Assembly: GCA_943356415.1 (NCBI GenBank)
Contig: CALREW010000002.1
Location: 6,639-70,638, forward strand
DNA from: Candidatus Nomurabacteria bacterium
Lineage (GTDB): Bacteria > Patescibacteriota > Minisyncoccia > Phycocordibacterales > SBAW01
DNA: 64,000 nt
Direction of reading: 5' to 3'
The notes under the pieces were generated by a model. That model was given only the letters and a program-made list of their open reading frames with translations, was not told the origin of the DNA and ran no database searches. This document shows positions 18,383 through 28,369 of this stretch, in pieces; positions within the stretch are counted from its first letter, which is position 1, and every line of letters begins with the position of its first letter. The position numbers were made by a program, and so were the translations under genes.

Positions 18383-19426
18383 ATGAAACGGGCGGTAAGC
18401 ATACTTTTTCTCCTTCTGTCGTGCGGTATTTTTTCTGCGGTCTACTTCTTTAACCTGCGCCCACAACCACCTGAAACAACGCAAAACAACCTGCCTCAAA
18501 TCGAACTGAGTCCGCGCCTTTCAAATGAGGAATTCCAGGCAGAGCACCTCAAATTGCGCACCGTTGCCGATGCAAAGGGTCTGCAGGCTGCATTTGAAAC
18601 GCTAAAAAGCGATATGGCGCAGGACGAAAAAGTACTCAATTCATGCCACGAACTGTTACATGTATTTGGTCGTTCAATGTTCGAAAAATATGGCAACTTC
18701 ACTGAAGCCGTGCGTTACCAAGACGAAGTATGTGTTTCGGGCTACATACACGGCGTTCTAGAGGGATACCTCGCCGTGGAACCGCGTATCGACGTGGCTC
18801 TCAAGGAAGTCTGCACTGATACTGAGCCAGGCACCTACCGACGCACCTCGTGTTATCACGGCGTTGGTCACGCACTCATGTTTTATTCGCAAAATAATCT
18901 GCCGCTATCGCTTGAAAAATGTGACTTGTATCGTGACCCTACAGACAATAGCGACTGCTACAGCGGCGCCTACATGGAAAACTTTAATATGGATCAAAAA
19001 GAGCACCTTTCAACGTATCTTGACCCTTCTCGACCGCTCTATCCATGCACCGTAAATACCAAAAACCTTGACGCCTGTTACGCGTACGCGCCACTGTATT
19101 TCCTCGGATTACACAAAGACGATTACAGCGGTGCGCTTGCTGTGTGCGATTCGGCAGACAAAGCGTATCGAGCGAGCTGTTACTTTGGCGTTGGATTCCA
19201 ATATGTGCGCCGGCATCTCAAAGACATATCGTCAGTCCAAGCGGTATGCGACGCGTCAACAGCTGCCCGCGCTTCCTGCATTAGCGGTGCAGCATACTAC
19301 TACCTCTCCTACCACCTCTCTAAGGATAAGACGCGAACTATGTGTTCAACACTTAACCTGGAAGATGCAGCTACGTGCACTGAGGCAGTAGATACGTTTT
19401 CGAATCTCTTGAAGGATTTTAAATGA
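18383..19426 (+). CDS. secreted cysteine-containing tandem-repeat protein (about 7 repeats of C-[YVI]-x-G-x-x-[HYF])
   Basis: Signal-anchor N-terminus, then repeats CHELLHVFG / CVSGYIHGV / CYHGVGHAL / CYSGAYMEN / CYAYAPLYF / CYFGVGFQY / CISGAAYYY, each followed about 20-25 aa later by a second Cys. Confidence 0.5.
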   Translation: MKRAVSILFLLLSCGIFSAVYFFNLRPQPPETTQNNLPQIELSPRLSNEEFQAEHLKLRTVADAKGLQAAFETLKSDMAQDEKVLNSCHELLHVFGRSMFEKYGNFTEAVRYQDEVCVSGYIHGVLEGYLAVEPRIDVALKEVCTDTEPGTYRRTSCYHGVGHALMFYSQNNLPLSLEKCDLYRDPTDNSDCYSGAYMENFNMDQKEHLSTYLDPSRPLYPCTVNTKNLDACYAYAPLYFLGLHKDDYSGALAVCDSADKAYRASCYFGVGFQYVRRHLKDISSVQAVCDASTAARASCISGAAYYYLSYHLSKDKTRTMCSTLNLEDAATCTEAVDTFSNLLKDFK

Positions 19427-19472
19427 CGCGGAGGTTATTTCGGATCTTTCTCAAATCGTATGCACGCCACTT

Positions 19473-19979
19473 CTATTGTAAGAATCTAAAGCTCTTTACT
19501 ATTTTTTCTACATCAGTATTGCCTTCCAATGAAGTTTCATACAAGAGGCTATAAATATGTCCGCGGTGTTCGACGTAAATATCTTTGCCTATATAGGCTA
19601 TGCCTTTATTTTCAAAATCGCCCACGTAGGCCATCTCTCCGCCAAGTTGCTCTTCTTGAATGTTCGTTAGTTCATACGACAAGGCCTGTTTGAGAGAAGT
19701 TCGCTTATCAAGCGGCGCTTGCATCGAATACTCTGCGAGTGAATTCGCATACGCAAAAGAAATTTGTTTCCCATCAGCATTTTCCAAAGTCAGCACCTCC
19801 CCTCCCAAGCCAGTGCCTGAAACTTCTTTCCACGTTTTTGGATATGCCACGCTAAACCCATAGGTTTCATTCGTGTACTTGTTTTCACGTATCGTACCTG
19901 CAAGAAAAACGAGGAGTACCGCAAAAAACAAAGCGGCTAATGCGACAGGAAAAGCTCCGTATTTCTTAAGGGCAGCCAT
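19473..19979 (-). CDS. hypothetical membrane-anchored protein
   Basis: 168 aa with an N-terminal TM helix and no family recognised. Confidence 0.4.
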   Translation of the reverse strand: MAALKKYGAFPVALAALFFAVLLVFLAGTIRENKYTNETYGFSVAYPKTWKEVSGTGLGGEVLTLENADGKQISFAYANSLAEYSMQAPLDKRTSLKQALSYELTNIQEEQLGGEMAYVGDFENKGIAYIGKDIYVEHRGHIYSLLYETSLEGNTDVEKIVKSFRFLQ

Positions 19980-20105
19980 AGTACAACAAGCATAGCATCA
20001 CCATTTCAATCCCTACTAGAACTTTTGGGCGGAGGCGGCCGCACGCTGAGGCGTTGCGGCACTTCCTCGCCGTCGCTCGGTCGGAGAGACTCGTAGACAG
20101 TCCGC

Positions 20106-20131
20106 AAAAGTAAAAGCCGGCGTTCGCCGGC
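20106..20131 (-). terminator. rho-independent terminator downstream of tRNA-Ser
   Basis: Minus-strand GCCGGCGAACGCCGGC hairpin followed by TTTTACTTTT. Confidence 0.55.
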
Positions 20132-20140
20132 CAAACTTTG

Positions 20141-20225
20141 CGGAGGCGGAGAGATTCGAACTCTCGGACCCTTGCGGGTCGCACGCTTTCCAAGCGTGTG
20201 CACTAGACCACTATGCGACGCCTCC
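20141..20225 (-). tRNA. tRNA-Ser (anticodon GGA), class II with a long variable arm
   Basis: Minus-strand: acceptor GGAGGCG/CGCCTCC, anticodon loop TTGGAAA, variable arm GCGACCCGCAAGGGTCC, T-arm GAGAGTTCGAATCTCTC. The tracked ORFs 19966..20193 and 20006..20239 overlapping it are spurious. Confidence 0.8.
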
Positions 20226-20279
20226 AAGCGTACAGACATCCGAAGATATCCTGTACGGCATTTTATACACCACTATCCC

Positions 20280-21170
20280 CTACTTGTCTCCCAATAAGGC
20301 CTTCACACGGGCTTCAACTGGTGGGTGCGTTGAAAAAAGATTCGATATAAATCCTCGCGTCTTGCCAGTAGCGTCGAACGGATTAGCAATAAAAAGATGT
20401 GCTGTTGCGTTGTTGGCACGACGCATTGGTGTCCCATGTGCTGATATTTTCTGTAACGCTGAAGCAAGACCTTCTGGGTAGCGCGTAAGGAGCGCGCCGG
20501 ATGCGTCGGCAAGGTATTCACGGCGGCGCGATATTGCAAGCTGCATAAGGGTTGCAATAAGTGGTGAGAGAAGTGCGAGCACAAACCCAACAATAATAAA
20601 AACGCCTCCCGCTTTATTGTCACGATCTCCTCCAAAACGCGAGGCGCGCAAAAAGAAATCGGAGAGCAGCGTAACGAAACCAACGAGCACCACAGCTATC
20701 GTTGAAACCAACATATCTTTATTACCAATATGAGAGAGCTCGTGGGCGATCACACCTTCAAGCTCGGTCTTATTGAGAATCGCGAGCAAGCCGGTCGTTA
20801 CTGCAACAACTGCGTGTTTCGCGTTGCGTCCCGTTGCAAATGCATTCGGTGACGAATCATTGATGATATAGATTTTTGGTTTAGGAAGCCCTGCGGTTAT
20901 GGCAAGATTTTCAACAACGTTATGGAGGTCTGGGTACTGCGCGTCTGGTGCTTCAACGGCACCCGACATAGAAAGAACCAGTTTGTCCGAAAACCAGTAG
21001 CTGCCGACATTCATCACAATCGACAACACAATCGCCACTGGCAGGATGATTGGCTCATCGAGCACATAGGAAAACACCCAGCCAAGACCGATGATCGCAA
21101 TAAGAAACGTAGACATCAAAAGCCACGTCTTAGCGATGTTGCTATCTTGATGTGTGTAGATTGTTGCCAT
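20280..21170 (-). CDS. htpX: zinc metalloprotease HtpX (M48 family)
   Basis: HELSH zinc-binding motif (VIAHELSHIGN), 4 TM helices, and C-terminal FSTHPP. Confidence 0.85.
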   Translation of the reverse strand: MATIYTHQDSNIAKTWLLMSTFLIAIIGLGWVFSYVLDEPIILPVAIVLSIVMNVGSYWFSDKLVLSMSGAVEAPDAQYPDLHNVVENLAITAGLPKPKIYIINDSSPNAFATGRNAKHAVVAVTTGLLAILNKTELEGVIAHELSHIGNKDMLVSTIAVVLVGFVTLLSDFFLRASRFGGDRDNKAGGVFIIVGFVLALLSPLIATLMQLAISRRREYLADASGALLTRYPEGLASALQKISAHGTPMRRANNATAHLFIANPFDATGKTRGFISNLFSTHPPVEARVKALLGDK

Positions 21171-21201
21171 AGGAAATAGCCTCTATACCTCACCCTAAGA
21201 A

Positions 21202-21759
21202 CTAGAACTTAACGGCAACTGGTTGGCGAGCAGCCTCCTCCCCTTCGGAGAGTTCGAAAAGATCCATCTTCTTAAACATAAACATCCCGGCAATGACGTT
21301 GCCCGGGAACGATTCAACGCCGGTGTTTAGGTCGCGAACATTGGCGTTGTAGAAACGACGTGCGGCCTGGATTTTATTTTCGGTGTCAGAAAGCTCGCGC
21401 TGCAATTCAAGGAAGTTCTGGTTTGCCTTGAGGTCTGGGTACGCTTCGGCAACTGCAAAGAGTGACTTCAACGCGCCGCTCAACATATTTTCCGCTTGCG
21501 CTTTTGCCGGTCCTTGGACACCCATCGCTGCCGCACGTGCTTTTGTTACATTCTCAAACGCAGACGCCTCGTGTGCGGCGTAGCCTTTCACAGTCTCAAC
21601 AAGGTTAGGAATGAGATCGTAGCGACGTTTCAGTTGTACGTCGATATCTGCCCATGCTTCTTTGGTGCGATTTACCAAACGGACAAACGAGTTATACGAA
21701 AAAATAGCCCACAGTGCGAGGACAACGACTACTGCAAGAATGATGTAGAGAAAAGTCAT
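21202..21759 (-). CDS. lemA: LemA family protein
   Basis: N-terminal TM helix plus the LemA core (SYNSFVRLVNRTKEAWADIDVQLKRRYDLIPNLVE...). It is adjacent to htpX, as is common. Confidence 0.85.
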   Translation of the reverse strand: MTFLYIILAVVVVLALWAIFSYNSFVRLVNRTKEAWADIDVQLKRRYDLIPNLVETVKGYAAHEASAFENVTKARAAAMGVQGPAKAQAENMLSGALKSLFAVAEAYPDLKANQNFLELQRELSDTENKIQAARRFYNANVRDLNTGVESFPGNVIAGMFMFKKMDLFELSEGEEAARQPVAVKF

Positions 21760-21842
21760 TGAGAGTTAGAGAATTACGCAGTTCTTAATACAAAAATTGT
21801 AGCGCTTTTTTACGAAAAATCAATGGTCTCGAACCTCCGATA

Positions 21843-21873
21843 GCAAAAGGAGCCCTAGAAGAGCTCCTTTGCT
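21843..21873. terminator. candidate terminator hairpin downstream of groEL
   Basis: GCAAAAGGAGCCCTAGAAGAGCTCCTTTTGC, an 11-bp stem between the groEL stop (21903) and the lemA start (21759). Confidence 0.4.
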
Positions 21874-21902
21874 GTCTAATTTCTTCTTTCTGACTTTTTA
21901 CT

Positions 21903-23941
<2,039 letters not shown>

Positions 23942-24006
23942 GGGGTCGCGTGAAAGTTATCTATATAAAGTGCCCGGTATTCCCCGTCGCCGGGGGTAGA
24001 GGCACC

Positions 24007-24034
24007 AGTATAGAGGATTGGTATATGCAGTCAA
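24007..24034 (-). promoter_or_regulatory. sigma70-like promoter of the groES-groEL operon
   Basis: Minus-strand TTGACT, a 16-nt spacer, then TATACT, about 65 nt upstream of the groES ATG. An inverted repeat at 23970..24006 lies in the 5' UTR. Confidence 0.45.
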
Positions 24035-24036
24035 CG

Positions 24037-24072
24037 ATTAAAAAGGAATCGCCCAGGCCTCCCGGCCTGGGC
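24037..24072 (-). terminator. rho-independent terminator of purL
   Basis: Minus-strand CCCAGGCCGGGAGGCCTGGG hairpin followed by CGATTCCTTTTTA, 27 nt after the purL stop. Confidence 0.6.
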
Positions 24073-24098
24073 GTATCCGTCTGTTCGACCAGCGGTGC

Positions 24099-27000
24099 TC
24101 ACTGGTGTGCAAGGCACCAGCAACACGCGTTTTCGAACATCCTGAGCCAGGGGGAGGCGGCATCCTCCTTCCAATTGTCAGGCGTATAGACCCATTGCCA
24201 CGGAAGAACCGCGCGCTCAGGGTGCGGCATCATACCGAGGTGACGTCCGTCCGCAGAGCAGAGCCCTGCGATGCCGAGCGGCGAACCGTTCGGATTGTAC
24301 GGGTAGCTTTCAGTCGAGATGCCTTGCGGCCCCACGAACCGAAGTGGTAAGAGCTTCTTACGCATGATATCCGCGAGCACGTCTTGGTTCGGGAAGTTGT
24401 ATCTCCCCTCACCGTGCGCACTATGGATGCCCAGCACTGACCCTTCCATCCCTTGCAAGAAGATGGACGGGCTCTCGTAGATGCGCAGCATGCTCCACCG
24501 AGACTCAAACCGTCCCGACGCGTTGTGCCCCAAGTACGGGCGCGACGCCTCGTCACGGTCGCTTCCAGGCAGAACTTTCAGATGCTGCATGAACTGGTTG
24601 CCGTTGCAGACTCCCAGCGACAACGTATCGGGGCGCTTGTAGAACGCCTCGAACATCCTGCGCACCTTGCGATTGAAGCGAACCACAGCCGCTTGACCAC
24701 GCCCCGCACCGAAGACGTCCTTGAACGAAAACCCTCCGGGGTACGCGAGCAGTTGGAACTGGTCCAGCGTGCTCACGCGTCCTTCGAGGATGTCGCTCAT
24801 GTGAACGTCCCACGGCGAGAAGCCTGCCAAATGCAGCGCGCCCCACATCTCCTCGTGGCCGTTACTCCCCTCTTCGCGCAGCACTGCAGCTTTCGGCCGC
24901 GTTGCCGTTTGAGAGAAGACCGCCGGAGCCGTCGGCGTGAAAGAGCGCTTGTACCGCACGGGCTTCGCTGCCTGATGCGATTTCGCTTCCTCACACGCCG
25001 TTGCAGTAGCGCTCTGCCCTGCGTTCAACGCATCGCTCGTCGATTTCCACCATTCACGCAGCGTCGTGATCTGCTCGCCCATAACAAGCGAGCCACGCGC
25101 ATCGCGAACACTGAGACGCCGCACCGATGTATTCCCGCGACCCAGGCGCACCATTCCGACGCCAAGGTTCTTGAAGGTCGAGGTTATGGACGCCTCGTCC
25201 TCCATCGCATACGCAAACACGTACCCGGCTTCCTCGGCGAAGAGGTACGGCAGCGGATCTACTCCTTGCGGGAGGTTGATCTGCATGCCGAAGCCAGACG
25301 CCACGCACATCTCGACGAGCGTTGCGATAAGCCCGCCGTGACTACGCGCGTGGTACGCGAGTACTTGCCTGCGCATGTGCAGCATTTGGAGTGCTTCAAG
25401 GGACTGCCGAAGCAGCTCAGGATCGATGTCGGGGCATTCGTTGCCGAGCTGTCCCAACGTCTGAGCGAGGCTCGAGCCGCCGAGGCGATTCAAACCTTTC
25501 CCTAGATCAACAAAGCCGATTGCGACACCAGCCTTCAAAGAAGGCAGCGCCGCAGTCACTCCACGCCGAATGTTGAGCACCGGCGCGTAGCCCGTGAGGA
25601 CAAGCGTGCCTGGCGAGGCAACTGTTACCCCACCGATTTTCACCGACATGGACAAGCTGTCCTTACCGCCGGTAATGCGAGTCCTCGTACGGTTGTGGAT
25701 GTCTGCGAGGGCGTCGGCCGCCGCATACAGACGAGCCATTTCTCCTTTCATGCTCGCTGGCCACATCCAATTAGCCTGAGTGCAGATTTCCTGCGTTCCG
25801 GAAATTGCCGCCGCACCCATATTGAGGTACATGTCTGCATACGCCATTCGCGCACCGGCCCGAGGGTCGATGAGCGACATGATAGGCCGCTGCCCCACCG
25901 TCATTGCGGCACCGGTTGTCGTGAAGTAAGAGTCGGAAGTTACGCCGACCCGACCGACAGGCACTGCCATCGGTCCGCACGTATGTGAGCGTGCCACTTT
26001 GCCTCCAACACTTGAATCACCGAGCGTGGTGACCCATCGGTTGGAACCAACCCTGGGAAGCCGCAGCACATTGCGCAACGCCTCGGTGACGCTTAATCCC
26101 TGAGGGATTCTAAGCGGCGGGAGTTCACGCGCGACCGTCACGTCTTCGATCGTGAGCTGACCGACCGCACGACGCAATTCCGCGTAGGTGAGATCGACAA
26201 GCGTCGCATCGTCGGTCGAATCGATGAAGCGGATGGTGCCGCTGTCATCGACTTTGCCCAACACTTCAAGTGGCACACGCTCTCGCGTGCAAATCGCTTG
26301 AAACACCGGCAGATCTTCCGGTGCAATGACAACGCCGAAGCCCTCTTGGCTTTCGCCGAGTAGCTTTTCAACTCGCCGAATCGACGGATCACCCAAATTG
26401 AGCGCTCCGAGGTCGAGCGTGGCGCCGAGCTGATCAACGAGCTCGGTACCGAGACTTCCGACGCCGGCTGCGCCCTGGTCGTGGATGGCCTTGAACGGAT
26501 TGCGCCCAAGCATCGCGACTGCAGCGTTGATGGCGCGGAACGTACGGCATCCCATCTCTGGGTCGCCGCGTTGCACCGCCTCATCATTCTGTTTTGCCGA
26601 GTTCGCACTCTGATCGGCACTTGAAGCAGTAGCGCCACCGAACCCTAAGTTGAACGTCGGTCCGCCGTAGCGGATGGCGAGCATCCCTGGTTTCAATTCC
26701 GCTTTCTTCTGGTGCTGACTGAGTACGCGACCCATGCCGCCGACAACGAGAATCGGCTTTCGATTTCCCACCCGATCACCCCACGGCATTCCTTGCTCGA
26801 AGGAATCGATGTTCCAGAGGATGGTCGGGTGACCAGACGCGTTGGCGTAATCACACGCACCGTGCGCCCCTTCAAGCAGAATGCGCAGTGGCGTAGCTAG
26901 TGTTGGGTCATGCAGTTCTGGGATTTCGCCCGGGATCGCATGCCCCTTGATGTTGAGGTTGCCGACGGAGATGCCGGCCCATAGCGCAACGCCTGGGTAT

Positions 27001-27932
27001 GCGCCGATGCCGATGGCATAGAGGTCGCGCAGAAGTCCTCCGACGCCGGTTGCCGCACCAGGAAACGGTGCGATCGATGTCGGGAAATTATGCGTTTCGA
27101 CTTTGCCTGTCGGGTTGAGTGTGTGTCGCACGATTGCACCGGTCGTTTTGTCGACGACGAAACAAACCGGCGACGGACCACCCGGTTCAAGTGGCAGAAA
27201 CAGCGGCACCGGCGCAAGTCCGTGCATGGCGCTCGCGTTGTCGCTGAAGGCGACCGTCGCGATGCCATGCTCAGCTCGGTGAGGTGCCCTGACAAGATCA
27301 AACAGCGTGTACGGCATGACGTTGCCATCGATGACGATACGCGCGTTGAACTTCAGGTGTCGGCTGTGGTCTGAGTTGTACGCCGGGAGGAAGAACAGCT
27401 CTTCGACAGTCGGGTCGCGACCTTTCTGAACGAAAAAGGCTGTGTAGGCCTCCTGCTGTGCGACGCTTAGCCCGATGCTGAACTCAGTGTTCGCACGTCT
27501 GAGCGCCTCCACTCCTTCCGTCATCACCGGAACTCGGACAAAGCGTTCCGCCGTCCGAGCACCAGTAAGTGTCGTGGGCAGCGTGGCGTAAACCGACTGG
27601 GTCATACGGTCGAAGCCTTGCGCGAGCAGCTGCTCCTCGGTTTGCGTGCCGAGGACGCGATGCTCGAACCGTTCGATTCGCGTCACGGGAACGTCGATTG
27701 ACCCGAGAATGGCCGAACCATTGGCCGACTCAGGCGTCGAGAACATTAGACGCGGTCCGACGGTTAGCATGCCGGCGAGATCCGGCTGAACATTTCTGAC
27801 CGAATGACCTGAACCGCCAAGAAGATATTCCAACTTGACGATATCAGCCGGCTTGAGCGCTCGCGCGGACTCGACAATAAAGCAATCGACCGGCGCGCCG
27901 CCTTTGTGGCGGTAGAGTACGGACGTATGCAT
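24099..27932 (-). CDS. purL: phosphoribosylformylglycinamidine synthase, large single-chain type (PurL with fused glutaminase domain)
   Basis: AIRS-type motif HNFPTSIAPFPGAATGVGGLLRD and a C-terminal class-I GATase motif LSLGVCNGNQFM, about 1277 aa. The tracked ORF is extended to 28223; the ATG at 27930-27932 (MHTSVLYRHKGG...) is the likely start. The gene is about 60% GC, above the 50% background. Confidence 0.9.
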   Translation of the reverse strand: MHTSVLYRHKGGAPVDCFIVESARALKPADIVKLEYLLGGSGHSVRNVQPDLAGMLTVGPRLMFSTPESANGSAILGSIDVPVTRIERFEHRVLGTQTEEQLLAQGFDRMTQSVYATLPTTLTGARTAERFVRVPVMTEGVEALRRANTEFSIGLSVAQQEAYTAFFVQKGRDPTVEELFFLPAYNSDHSRHLKFNARIVIDGNVMPYTLFDLVRAPHRAEHGIATVAFSDNASAMHGLAPVPLFLPLEPGGPSPVCFVVDKTTGAIVRHTLNPTGKVETHNFPTSIAPFPGAATGVGGLLRDLYAIGIGAYPGVALWAGISVGNLNIKGHAIPGEIPELHDPTLATPLRILLEGAHGACDYANASGHPTILWNIDSFEQGMPWGDRVGNRKPILVVGGMGRVLSQHQKKAELKPGMLAIRYGGPTFNLGFGGATASSADQSANSAKQNDEAVQRGDPEMGCRTFRAINAAVAMLGRNPFKAIHDQGAAGVGSLGTELVDQLGATLDLGALNLGDPSIRRVEKLLGESQEGFGVVIAPEDLPVFQAICTRERVPLEVLGKVDDSGTIRFIDSTDDATLVDLTYAELRRAVGQLTIEDVTVARELPPLRIPQGLSVTEALRNVLRLPRVGSNRWVTTLGDSSVGGKVARSHTCGPMAVPVGRVGVTSDSYFTTTGAAMTVGQRPIMSLIDPRAGARMAYADMYLNMGAAAISGTQEICTQANWMWPASMKGEMARLYAAADALADIHNRTRTRITGGKDSLSMSVKIGGVTVASPGTLVLTGYAPVLNIRRGVTAALPSLKAGVAIGFVDLGKGLNRLGGSSLAQTLGQLGNECPDIDPELLRQSLEALQMLHMRRQVLAYHARSHGGLIATLVEMCVASGFGMQINLPQGVDPLPYLFAEEAGYVFAYAMEDEASITSTFKNLGVGMVRLGRGNTSVRRLSVRDARGSLVMGEQITTLREWWKSTSDALNAGQSATATACEEAKSHQAAKPVRYKRSFTPTAPAVFSQTATRPKAAVLREEGSNGHEEMWGALHLAGFSPWDVHMSDILEGRVSTLDQFQLLAYPGGFSFKDVFGAGRGQAAVVRFNRKVRRMFEAFYKRPDTLSLGVCNGNQFMQHLKVLPGSDRDEASRPYLGHNASGRFESRWSMLRIYESPSIFLQGMEGSVLGIHSAHGEGRYNFPNQDVLADIMRKKLLPLRFVGPQGISTESYPYNPNGSPLGIAGLCSADGRHLGMMPHPERAVLPWQWVYTPDNWKEDAASPWLRMFENACCWCLAHQ

Positions 27933-27959
27933 GGCGTGCCCCTTCCTGTGGCAGATTTC

Positions 27960-27994
27960 AAAAAAACACGCACCCTCTACAAAGAGAAGGTGCA
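27960..27994 (-). terminator. intrinsic terminator / attenuator hairpin inside the purL 5' leader
   Basis: Minus-strand GCACCTTCTCTTTGTAGAGGGTGC (9-bp stem) followed by GTGTTTTTTTG, ending about 28 nt upstream of the purL ATG. Confidence 0.5.
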
Positions 27995-28088
27995 TCCAAA
28001 TGAACAGTACCACTCGCCCTCTATATGAAAAGGTGGGCCAGGCCCCTATGCGTTGCACGCAAAAGAGGCCTCTGATAGAGTGGGCGTA

Positions 28089-28319
28089 ATGGATGCTCAA
28101 ACGGTGCTTCCCTATGTCGAAATAGGGCTCTCCGTCCTCATCATCGCGGCCGTCCTGCTTCAACAGAGCGGCGCATCGATGGGCGGTACCCTCGGAGGCG
28201 ACAACTTCTCTGCGGCGTTCCACACACGCCGTGGCGCTGAGCGCGTTCTCTTTTACGCGACCGTTGTCCTCGGGGTACTCTTCGCGCTTACGGCTGTCTT
28301 CGCGCTCATCATCGCGTAG
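28089..28319 (+). CDS. secG: preprotein translocase subunit SecG
   Basis: Two TM helices and LLQQSGASMGGTLGG. The tracked ORF starts at 28053; MDAQTVLPYVEIGLSVLIIAAV fits SecG N-termini better. Confidence 0.7.
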   Translation: MDAQTVLPYVEIGLSVLIIAAVLLQQSGASMGGTLGGDNFSAAFHTRRGAERVLFYATVVLGVLFALTAVFALIIA

Positions 28320-28369
28320 GCCACAAAAGCGGCATCCACTGCCACTCCCTTACTTAGATTTCTCGCGCT

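Noticed and set aside
19966-20239. Two ORFs of 75 and 77 aa
   Set aside because: They overlap tRNA-Ser and its terminator.
24081-24130. Possible CIRCE/HrcA operator upstream of groES
   Set aside because: The inverted repeats here (CTGGTG...CACCAG) lie inside the purL 3' end and do not match TTAGCACTC-N9-GAGTGCTAA. The real groES leader inverted repeat is at 23970..24006 and is also non-CIRCE.
24453-25505. 350-aa Arg-rich ORF and several others antisense to purL (also antisense ORFs inside guaA 44449..45108, 44796..45386, 45327..46028, and inside lepA, rnj and the O-antigen ligase gene)
   Set aside because: These are long open frames typical of the reverse strand of GC-rich genes. They are Arg/Pro/Ala-biased with no motifs, and they overlap well-supported genes.
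28053-28088. Upstream 12-codon extension of secG
   Set aside because: SecG homologs start directly at the first TM helix. This region is better explained as the shared promoter and leader space with the divergent purL.
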